A DNA stretch of 30,891 nt from Chloroflexota bacterium. Its GTDB lineage: Bacteria > Chloroflexota > Dehalococcoidia > GIF9 > UBA5629. The translations under genes and the position numbers were made by a program. Of this stretch, positions 15,630 to 23,955 are shown one piece after another (the stretch's first letter is position 1; every line of letters starts with the position of its first letter). The notes below the pieces were generated by a model. The model searched no databases, was not told where the DNA came from, and saw nothing but the letters and a program-made list of their open reading frames with translations. The stretch is taken from contig JAPLHM010000083.1 in NCBI GenBank assembly GCA_026389635.1, forward strand, positions 1 to 30,891, in the 5' to 3' direction.

Positions 15630-17124
15630 AAAGAGATCCGGCGGCTGGGATACGCGCAGCTGGCTTAACCTGCGCACAGCGGTGCAGGTAATTGCCTTCC
15701 TCGGCTTCCTGGCGCTCTTTTTGGGCGCACTGCCTCTGCTGATGCGCCTCGACCCGCTGGCCATGCTGGCCAACACCATAGCCAGCCGCAGTTTCCTGCT
15801 GCTTTCGCTGGTTGCAATGGTTCCGCTGGCCCTGTCGCTGGTCTTCGGCCGGGCCTGGTGCGGCTGGCTCTGCCCGATGGGTACCATGCTGGAATGGTTT
15901 TCATTCAACAAGTGGCGCCGCAAAAACATCCGGTTACCGGACGGCTGGAGAGCTGTTAAATATGTCGTCTTAATCGCCATTATCGCTGCCGCCATCTTAT
16001 CCAACCTGACACTGCTGATATTCGATCCGCTGACCGTCATGCTGCGCACCTTCGCCACCGCCATGTGGCCCGCCCTCGACTTCATAATCAACGCCGCGGA
16101 GTCAGCGCTCAACAACGTCCCCGTACTGCAGGAACCACTGGCGCGCTTCGACAACGCGATCAGGCCATTGCTGCTGCCGACCAACCCGCTGTACTACCGC
16201 GACGGCCTGCTCTTCGGCGCCATTTTTATTACAATCATCCTGCTTAATCTGCTGGCAGAACGATTCTGGTGCCGCTACCTCTGCCCGCTGGGGGCGTTCT
16301 ACGGCCTGTTGAGCAAGGTCAGCCTGGTGCGCCGGCGCGTTAACCAAAGCTGCATCGGCTGCAAGTTGTGCGAGGACGCCTGTCCCACCGGCACAATCAG
16401 GAGGGACAGGGACTGTTCCAGCGACCCGGGCGAATGCATAATGTGCCTCAAATGCATGGATTCCTGCCCCTGCTCGACCAGCGATTTCGGGCCCGTGTAC
16501 GCGCCGGCAAAGTTTAACAGCTACGACCCGGTGCGCCGCCAGCTCTTCCTGGGACTGGGCGCGGGCGTGCTACTGGCTGTGCTCTTCAAGTTCAACCCCT
16601 TCAGTGGCCGGCGCAGCCCATACCTTATCCGTCCCCCGGGAGCCGGCGATGAGGACATGACGGCCAAATGTATACGCTGCGGCGAGTGCATCAAGGCCTG
16701 CCCGACGGGCGCCATACAGCCTTCGCAGATGGAGGCTGGGGGTGAGCTGCTGTGGACCCCGTTGCTGGTCATGCGCAGCGGCTTCTGCCAGTACTCCTGC
16801 AATGCCTGCGGCAAGGCCTGCCCCGTGGCTGCCATTCCGGCACTTCCACTGGCCGAGAAAAAGGTCACGCCTATCGGAAGGGCATTCATCGACCGCGGCC
16901 GCTGCCTGCCCTGGGCACAGGGTACCCCCTGTATAGTCTGCGAGGAGATGTGCCCGGTTCCACACAAGGCCGTACTGCTGAGCACTTCGGAGGTTAAAAA
17001 GGAGGACGGCGGCACGATAACCCTGCAGCTGCCCACGGTGCTGGCCGGGCGCTGCATCGGCTGCGGGTTGTGCGAATATAAATGCCCCGTCGAGGGAGAG
17101 TCGGCCATACGTGTAATGGTTTGA
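15616..17124 (+). CDS. Membrane polyferredoxin (NapH/MauN-like domain fused to NapG/MauM-like domain)
   Basis: CGWLCP and CRYLCP motifs, transmembrane stretches, about six CxxCxxCxxxCP-type 4Fe-4S motifs, internal RRQLFLGLGAG. Start codon uncertain. Confidence 0.88.
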   Translation: MAVRKKRSGGWDTRSWLNLRTAVQVIAFLGFLALFLGALPLLMRLDPLAMLANTIASRSFLLLSLVAMVPLALSLVFGRAWCGWLCPMGTMLEWFSFNKWRRKNIRLPDGWRAVKYVVLIAIIAAAILSNLTLLIFDPLTVMLRTFATAMWPALDFIINAAESALNNVPVLQEPLARFDNAIRPLLLPTNPLYYRDGLLFGAIFITIILLNLLAERFWCRYLCPLGAFYGLLSKVSLVRRRVNQSCIGCKLCEDACPTGTIRRDRDCSSDPGECIMCLKCMDSCPCSTSDFGPVYAPAKFNSYDPVRRQLFLGLGAGVLLAVLFKFNPFSGRRSPYLIRPPGAGDEDMTAKCIRCGECIKACPTGAIQPSQMEAGGELLWTPLLVMRSGFCQYSCNACGKACPVAAIPALPLAEKKVTPIGRAFIDRGRCLPWAQGTPCIVCEEMCPVPHKAVLLSTSEVKKEDGGTITLQLPTVLAGRCIGCGLCEYKCPVEGESAIRVMV

Positions 17125-17141
17125 AGATACGATCGGCCCCT

Positions 17142-17170
17142 TTGACTAAGCAGGGTATTTGTGTTAGAAA
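17142..17170 (+). promoter_or_regulatory. Possible tat operon promoter TTGACT-N17-(TGt)TAGAAA
   Basis: Good -35 and TG extension, imperfect -10. Confidence 0.4.
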
Positions 17171-17223
17171 TTACCCGTACGTTCCACTGACATGAGACGA
17201 CTGAAATAAATAGGAAGTGAGCT

Positions 17224-17439
17224 ATGTTTCGCAGTTTCGGCATACCGGAGCTTTTACTTGTCCTCCTCATAGTCCTGCTTGTGTTCGGGGCCACGCGGCT
17301 GCCCCAGATCGGCGACGCCCTTGGTAAGGCCATACGCAACTTCCGCAAGGGCGCTTCGGGCGAAGGTGAAAAAGATAAGGAGACCGGCATCAGCAAGACT
17401 GATACCACGGGCAAGGACAAGGACGGCTCAAATACATAA
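17224..17439 (+). CDS. tatA: Tat translocase TatA
   Basis: [39 protein letters not shown]. Confidence 0.92.
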   Translation: MFRSFGIPELLLVLLIVLLVFGATRLPQIGDALGKAIRNFRKGASGEGEKDKETGISKTDTTGKDKDGSNT

Positions 17440-17486
17440 TCTTCGCAATCACCATTTTGACCATTGCTGTGATGAAGTTGTAAGCC

Positions 17487-17717
17487 ATGGACATTTTTGG
17501 GATAGGCCTGCCTGAATTAATCCTCGTTCTGCTGATCGGTTTTATACTCTTCGGCCCAAAACGGATACTGGAGATAAGTAAAACCGCAGGCAAGATGATG
17601 GGCAACCTGTCGCGGGATGCCTCGGATATACAGCGCAAACTGAACGATGAACTGGAAGGGGAAAAACCGGTCACGCCGGGCGCCGTGGATAAGCCCTCCC
17701 GGCAGGTCCAGCCTTGA
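17487..17717 (+). CDS. tatB: Tat translocase TatB (or second TatA-family subunit)
   Basis: FGIGLPELILVLLIGFILFGPKRI; located between tatA and tatC. Confidence 0.8.
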   Translation: MDIFGIGLPELILVLLIGFILFGPKRILEISKTAGKMMGNLSRDASDIQRKLNDELEGEKPVTPGAVDKPSRQVQP

Positions 17718-18463
17718 ACCCGCAGAAAATGAACTCCCCTCATTTTAAGGGAATATCGACCCACCTCAACGAATTAAGGCGGCGTCTGATCGTCTGCATA
17801 GCCGCCGTGGCCATCGGAATCGCGCTATCATTTGCCTTTGCCGACCAGCTCTTCGCCATACTCATCCGGCCTGCCGGCAACATCAGCCTGATCTTCGTGG
17901 AGGTGACCGAGATGCTGAGCACCTACATGCAGGTATGCCTGATCGGCGGCATCATGATCGCCATGCCGGTGCTGGTCTACGAGCTAATCGCTTTCGTGTC
18001 GCCGGCCCTCACCCCAAAGGAAAAGAAGTACCTGTGGATCACTCTGCCGTTCGTCATCCTCATGTTCGCAGGAGGCGTGACCTTCGGCTATTTCGTGCTC
18101 ATACCACCCGCCATGCAGTTCTTGCTGAGTTTCGGCGCGGGCATCGCCACGCCCCAGATCAGGATAGGCAATTATATCTCGCTGGTGTCCCGGCTGCTGC
18201 TGGCCATCGGGCTGGTCTTCGAAACACCCGTCATCACAACCTTCCTGGCGCGGCTGGGCATAGTGTCCTCAAAATGGCTGGCAGCCCAGTGGAAGTGGGC
18301 CGTCATACTGGCCTTTGTGCTGGGCGCCGTCATCACCCCTACACTCGACCCCGTCAACCAGACGCTGGTAGCCCTGCCTTTGATAATACTCTACCTTCTC
18401 AGTATCCTGCTGGCCAGGCTGGTTGAAAAACGTAAAATTAAACCAATGGAGGTAACATCATGA
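17714..18463 (+). CDS. tatC: Tat translocase TatC
   Basis: HLNELRRRLI, YELIAFVSPALTPKEKKY, GLVFETP, GAVITPTLDP. Confidence 0.95.
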   Translation: MNPQKMNSPHFKGISTHLNELRRRLIVCIAAVAIGIALSFAFADQLFAILIRPAGNISLIFVEVTEMLSTYMQVCLIGGIMIAMPVLVYELIAFVSPALTPKEKKYLWITLPFVILMFAGGVTFGYFVLIPPAMQFLLSFGAGIATPQIRIGNYISLVSRLLLAIGLVFETPVITTFLARLGIVSSKWLAAQWKWAVILAFVLGAVITPTLDPVNQTLVALPLIILYLLSILLARLVEKRKIKPMEVTS

Positions 18464-19254
18464 TGCATATCTCACCCGGGTGGTACCCGGCCATCAACTC
18501 CAGGCGCTCGCGGCGCAACTACGAGAAGGGCAGGCCCATAGGGGCAGAAGCCCTGAACAGGCTCCACGAGGTGTGCAGCGGCTTCAGGCCCTACGGCAGC
18601 GTGCGTGTGGAGTTCATCGATGAACCCCCTGATGACATCTTCGCCAACGCGCTCGGTTTTTACGGCAACATAAAGGGCGCGCCGGCCTTCTTAGCCTTCA
18701 TCGGCGACACCTCCGACCCCCATATGCAGGAGAAGGTGGGATATGCCGGCGAGGCCGCTGTGCTGGAGTCAACTTCTCTCGGCCTGGGCACCTGCTGGGT
18801 GGCGCTAACCTACAATGCCAGGGCGGTCAAGTCCCTGGTCAAACTCGATAAAGAGGAGAAGCTGATCTGCGTATCGCCCGTTGGCTACACCACGGAGCAA
18901 TGGTCGTTCGAGGAAAAGGTATTCAGCGGTTTCGGGTCCAACCACCAGCGCAAACCGCTGCCTTCCATGGTCAGCGGCCAGCCGGAAACCTCCTGGCCTG
19001 TATGGGCAAAATCCGCCGTCGAAGCAGCCCGCTTGGCCCCGTCGGCCATGAACCGCCAGCCATGGGGCTTCCGCGTGGAGGAGCGAAGTATTACCGTTTA
19101 TGTGAAAGACCGCGGACCCGAATTCAATGTTGCCAGGCGGCTGGACTGCGGCATAGCAATGCTGCACCTCGAACTCGGCGCCCTTATCAGAGGGGTAAGT
19201 GGTGAATGGGAGCCGCTGAAACAACCGCAGGTGGCACGTTTCACCGTGAGATAA
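18460..19254 (+). CDS. Nitroreductase family protein
   Basis: AINSRRSRRNY, SLGLGTCWV, ARLAPSAMNRQPW, LDCGIAMLH. Confidence 0.88.
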   Translation: MMHISPGWYPAINSRRSRRNYEKGRPIGAEALNRLHEVCSGFRPYGSVRVEFIDEPPDDIFANALGFYGNIKGAPAFLAFIGDTSDPHMQEKVGYAGEAAVLESTSLGLGTCWVALTYNARAVKSLVKLDKEEKLICVSPVGYTTEQWSFEEKVFSGFGSNHQRKPLPSMVSGQPETSWPVWAKSAVEAARLAPSAMNRQPWGFRVEERSITVYVKDRGPEFNVARRLDCGIAMLHLELGALIRGVSGEWEPLKQPQVARFTVR

Positions 19255-19269
19255 TTAAGAGATTTAGAT

Positions 19270-20652
19270 ATGGAAGCTGTTCCCCCGGTAAAAAGCCACA
19301 AGACAGCCGTGCTGCTGGTAACCTCCATCGCGGCCTTCCTCACGCCCTTCATGGCGGCCTCCGTCAACATCGCCCTGCCGTCCATAGGCAGGGAATACTC
19401 CGTTGATGCGGTCACCTTAAGCTGGATCGCCACGTCCTTTATCCTGTCCGCGGCAGTCTTCCTCATACCGTTGGGGCGCATCGCGGACATCAGCGGCAGG
19501 AAGAAGGTCTTCATCTGGGGAGGCGCTATCTTTGGAGCGGCTTCGGTTATCGCGGCGCTGGCATGGTCACCGCAGGTACTGATAGCCGCACGCGTCATAC
19601 AGGGCGTGGGCGGGGCTATGCTCTTCGGCACGGTGGCGGCCATCATCTCCTCTGTCTACGCGCCGGGCGAGCGGGGACGCGCCATGGGCATCAATATCGC
19701 GATTACATACGTGGGTCTGTCGCTGGGACCCTTTCTGGGCGGGATGATGACGCAGTACCTCGGCTGGCGCAGCATTTTCTGGCTCAACGCGCTGCTCTGC
19801 GCACTTCTGCTGCTGGTAACAGCCTGGAAACTGAAGCCCGAGTGGGCGGAGGCGCGCGGCGAGAGGTTCGACCTGTTCGGCTCGGTCATCTACGGCGCGG
19901 GCCTGGTGGCACTGATGTACGGCCTTTCCGAACTACCCTCTACCCACGGCGTCGTCTCGCTGGGAGCCGGGCTGGTCATACTGCTGATCTTCCTCAAATG
20001 GGAAACTGTGACCGCCAGCCCCATCCTCGATATTACACTCTTCGCCAATAACCAGGTGTTCGCCTTCTCCAACCTGGCAGCATTCATCAACTACAGCGCC
20101 ACTTTCGCGGTCGGCTTCCTGCTCAGCCTGTACCTGCAGTACATAAGGGGTCTGACCCCCGGAAGTGCTGGCCTTGTGCTGGTAGCCATGCCGGTGGTGC
20201 AGGCCGTCTTTTCACCTCTGACAGGCCGTCTTTCCGACAGGATCGAGCCCCGCCTTCTCGCTTCCTCGGGCATGGCGCTGACAGCCGCCGGGCTGCTGCT
20301 GCTGATATTTATAGGCACGGATACAGCGCTCTGGTACATCATCGCCTGTTTAGTTATGCTGGGCGCCGGCTTTGCCCTTTTCTCCTCGCCCAACATCAAC
20401 GCCGTCATGAGCTCGGTAGATAAGAAATCGCTGGGCGTGGCATCGGCCACCTTAGCCACCATGCGCCTTACCGGGCAGATGTTCAGCTTAGGCATTGCCA
20501 TGCTGCTGATCTCCCTTTTCATGGGGCGCGTACAGGTCACACCCGATGTTTATCCGCAGTATATCCTCAGCCTGCAAACTGCCCTGGCTATCTTTACGGC
20601 ACTCTGCATTGGTGGTATATTTGCCTCAATGGCAAGAGGGAAAACACACTGA
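19270..20652 (+). CDS. MFS transporter (14-TM, DHA2-like)
   Basis: GRIADISGRKK (motif A), GERGRAMG, GRLSDRIEPR, continuous hydrophobic helices. Confidence 0.9.
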   Translation: MEAVPPVKSHKTAVLLVTSIAAFLTPFMAASVNIALPSIGREYSVDAVTLSWIATSFILSAAVFLIPLGRIADISGRKKVFIWGGAIFGAASVIAALAWSPQVLIAARVIQGVGGAMLFGTVAAIISSVYAPGERGRAMGINIAITYVGLSLGPFLGGMMTQYLGWRSIFWLNALLCALLLLVTAWKLKPEWAEARGERFDLFGSVIYGAGLVALMYGLSELPSTHGVVSLGAGLVILLIFLKWETVTASPILDITLFANNQVFAFSNLAAFINYSATFAVGFLLSLYLQYIRGLTPGSAGLVLVAMPVVQAVFSPLTGRLSDRIEPRLLASSGMALTAAGLLLLIFIGTDTALWYIIACLVMLGAGFALFSSPNINAVMSSVDKKSLGVASATLATMRLTGQMFSLGIAMLLISLFMGRVQVTPDVYPQYILSLQTALAIFTALCIGGIFASMARGKTH

Positions 20653-20668
20653 ATCCCGGGAGGTAGTT

Positions 20669-21664
20669 ATGAGTGAAACCAGGGTTTCCACACTCAGCAT
20701 CATCCACTACGACAAGGCTGATTTCGTAATCAAGGCCGACGCCACCATCGAAGACTGCAGGGTCTCCAGTGAGGAAGCCGGCGTCACCTGGATCAACGTG
20801 GACAACGTTAATGACCGGGCCCTGCTGCAGTCGATCGGGAGCATCTTCAACCTGCACGAACTTACCATCCAGGACATCGCTAACACGGGACACAGGGTAA
20901 AACAGGAGGATTTCGGGCACTACATCCTTCTGATACTCAAGATGCTCGAATTTAACAAAACCAACAACTCGATCGACGCGGAACAATTGAGCATAGTATT
21001 CGGCAAGAATTACCTTGTAACCTTCCAGGAAACTCCGGGGGATTTTTTCGGGGACCTGCGCGATGAAATAAAGATCTCCGATTCAGTCGTGCGAAGGATG
21101 GGCCCTGATTTCCTGGCCTGCCGCATCATCGACACCATCGTAGACAACTATTTCAATACTGTCGAGAGCTTCGGCGACGAGATAGAGGAAAAGGAAGATG
21201 AATTAGTGGCCAATCCCACCCGCAATACATTGAATTCCATTCAGGGCATCAAGAAAAATATGATGCAGATCAGGCAGTTCATATGGCCGTCCAGGGAGAT
21301 ACTGAGTGACCTGTCCAAAAAGAATTCGCCCCTCATAAAGGAGGAGACCGTGGCTTACTTCCGCGACGTCTACGACCGCATCTTCGAGGCCATGGACCTG
21401 ATCGAAAGCACGCGCGATATGGTGAGCGGCCTGATCGATATCTACCTGTCCAGCATGAGCAACAAGACCAACGAGGTAATGAAGGTGCTGACCGTGGTGG
21501 CAACTATTTTCATACCACTGACATTCATCGTGGGCCTCTATGGCATGAACTTCCGTAATATGCCGGAATTGAACTCCGACTGGGGCTACCCGGGCGTGCT
21601 GCTACTGATGGCAGGTGTAGCAGGGGGTATGCTCGTTTATTTCCACAAAAAGAAATGGATTTAA
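20669..21664 (+). CDS. corA: Magnesium/cobalt transporter CorA
   Basis: TWINVD, VTFQE, YFRDVYD, GLYGMNF (GMN motif), MPEL. Start set at ATG 20669 after GGAGGT, not 20546. Confidence 0.94.
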   Translation: MSETRVSTLSIIHYDKADFVIKADATIEDCRVSSEEAGVTWINVDNVNDRALLQSIGSIFNLHELTIQDIANTGHRVKQEDFGHYILLILKMLEFNKTNNSIDAEQLSIVFGKNYLVTFQETPGDFFGDLRDEIKISDSVVRRMGPDFLACRIIDTIVDNYFNTVESFGDEIEEKEDELVANPTRNTLNSIQGIKKNMMQIRQFIWPSREILSDLSKKNSPLIKEETVAYFRDVYDRIFEAMDLIESTRDMVSGLIDIYLSSMSNKTNEVMKVLTVVATIFIPLTFIVGLYGMNFRNMPELNSDWGYPGVLLLMAGVAGGMLVYFHKKKWI

Positions 21665-21665
21665 A

Positions 21666-23164
21666 TTATTCCACCGGCAGAGCAGGGCCGCTGCTCTTCT
21701 TTATACGCCCGAATGGCAGGAACATGGCCGGTATGATACCGGCCATGATCACCACGGCGCTGATCACGTAATCCATCTGGAAGGCCGTTACGCTGGCCCT
21801 CACATTCATGTACTGGTAGAGCAGGTTGACGGCCGCCTGCTGGGCCGCCTGCAGAGTCATGCCAGCCTGCATCAAATACACCTGCAACTGGGACAGCATC
21901 TGAAGGGCGATGACCGAGTCCGGGGTGATGGTCTGCACTATCATCGACAGGTTGGTCTTCTGGAACGTATCCAGCATGGTGGCAAAGACTGCTATGCCCA
22001 GGGAAGCGAAGATGGTCCTGGACACGTTGATCATGGCCGAGGCCTGGGCGGTCATACGCTGGGGCACGGCTGAGAGCGTGTAGGTCATGACGGGCATCAT
22101 GGCAAAGCCCACGCCAATGCCCCTGATAAAGAGTATCCACCGCAGCAGGTCGTCGGGTGTGGTGACATCCAGCATCTGCAGCCACAGTGAACTGATCCCT
22201 GTGATGAGCAGGCCCAGTACGGTAGGAAAGCGCGGCCCGATCCTGTCGTAAAGCCGGCCCGCCAGGGGCATGGAAATCATGGAGCCGATGACCGTGGGTA
22301 GCACCATCAGCCCGCTGGCCAGCGCGGAGAAGCCGCGCAGGTTCTGCAAAAACAAAGGCAGCAGGAACACCAGCGAAAAAAGCCCGATAGTGGTGACAAA
22401 GGTCAGGCCGATGCCGAGGGAGAAGCCCCCGTTTTTAAACATGTGCAGATCGAGCAACGGTTTCTTCACCCGCAACTCTACGATGACCCAGGCCAATATG
22501 CACAGGCAGCCTACCGTCAGGAGTGTCACAATGCGCCAGTCGTCCCACTGCCAGGTGGGGGCATAGGAGAATGCATAAAGCACCGCGCTGAACCGTCCGA
22601 GGTGGGCGTTTCCTCGATCCATGCCAACCCCATTGCGATGGCTATCAGCACGACCGGCACGTTCACATAGAAGACCATGCGCCAGTCCCAGTAGTCCACC
22701 AGGTAGCCGCCCAGGGTTGGCCCGATAGCAGGCGCCAGCATCATAGGGATGCCGAAGATGGCCATGGCAGTGCCGCGGTCCTCCGGGGGCACGTTCATGA
22801 AGAGGAAGGTCATGGCCAGCGGATTGAGCAGGCCTCCTGCCAGCCCCTGCATTACCCTGAAGGTAATGAGCGAGCCGGTATCCCAGGCAATGCCGCACAA
22901 CAGGGAACCAGCCAGGAAACCCACCTGGCTGAAAAGATATACTTTTTTTATGCCGAATCGCTGCGCCAGGAAGGCAGCCGCGGGAGTAGAGATGGCGGTG
23001 GCCATAAGGTAAGCCGAAACTACCAGCTGTGCACGGTCGGTTGTCTCGTTGAAAACCGCCATGATGTGCGGCAGCGCCACGTTCATGATGGTCTGGTCAA
23101 GTATCACCATAAAGGTGCCGATGATGGCAACCGCCAAGACACGTGATTCGCTCGATTTCGGCAT
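21666..23164 (-). pseudogene. EmrB/QacA DHA2 efflux MFS transporter, split by an internal deletion with frameshift near 22593-22600
   Basis: The N-terminal half (ILDQTIMNVALP, APAIGPTLGGYLVD) ends at AWIEETPT. Another frame resumes as FSAVLYAFSYAPTW and continues to the C-terminus. The span is 1499 nt, not a multiple of 3. Confidence 0.85.
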
Positions 23165-23180
23165 AAGCGCGCTTTACCTG

Positions 23181-23918
23181 TTACCTGGTCGTAATTTTGA
23201 CCTCGACCGATGTGCCGGGTATAAGAACATAGTTGGCCGGGTTGTCCACCGATATCTTGACCGGCACAACCTGGGCGACCTTGATGAAATTGCCGGTGGT
23301 GTTGTTCTGCGGCATGAGCGAGAAGGTCGCGGCGGTGGCTGCGGCTATGCCGTCCACCCTGCCCATAAGCCTGGCGCCTCCCAGACTATCAACTTTTATC
23401 TCAACCTCCTGGCCAGGCTTTACGCGATGCAGGTCGGCCTCGGATATGTTAGCTGTGACCCAGGTGTTGGAGGCATCGTAGAGCGTGATGACGGAGGCGC
23501 CGGGGGTCACAACCTGCCCAGGATACGACCAGACCGCGGCCACGTAGCCGCTTACCGGCGCGTCCAGGCTGGCCCTGCCCAGCGGTATGTCCTTGAGGCC
23601 CTGCCTGTCCGCCGGACTGTCAGGGCGGGGAGCGCCCATGGTGGCTATTCTTTGCCCCTTGTCCACATAGCTGCCCAGGTCAACATCCAGGCTGATGATC
23701 TGGCTGGATGCCAGCGCCGGCACCGCGATAAGCGGGGCGCTGATGCGCGCGTTGTCCGTGCTAACATATTTATAGTTCTGGTAACCGAGGTAGCCCAACA
23801 TCACCAGGCCACCCAGCACGACCGCCAGCGCGACCACAAAAATCACCTTCCCGCGTGTGGTGGAAAGGCCGGATTTCATTTTCTCAGAAAAGTTAGCAGC
23901 CATATTTGTTGCCTCCAC
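23181..23918 (-). CDS. EmrA/HlyD-family adaptor lacking the long alpha-hairpin
   Basis: N-terminal TM, YVSTDNARI, LDAPVSG, WVTANISE, GQEVEIKVD, NTTGNFIKVAQVVPVKI. Confidence 0.87.
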   Translation of the reverse strand: MEATNMAANFSEKMKSGLSTTRGKVIFVVALAVVLGGLVMLGYLGYQNYKYVSTDNARISAPLIAVPALASSQIISLDVDLGSYVDKGQRIATMGAPRPDSPADRQGLKDIPLGRASLDAPVSGYVAAVWSYPGQVVTPGASVITLYDASNTWVTANISEADLHRVKPGQEVEIKVDSLGGARLMGRVDGIAAATAATFSLMPQNNTTGNFIKVAQVVPVKISVDNPANYVLIPGTSVEVKITTR

Positions 23919-23955
23919 ATGTATTTGGATATGAAGCGTGTATTTTCTTCATGGC

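Noticed and set aside
17440-17486. Weak hairpin between tatA and tatB (CTTC..ATCAC / GTGAT.GAAG) as an ncRNA or terminator
   Set aside because: Short, interrupted stem with no U-tract; compatible with chance.
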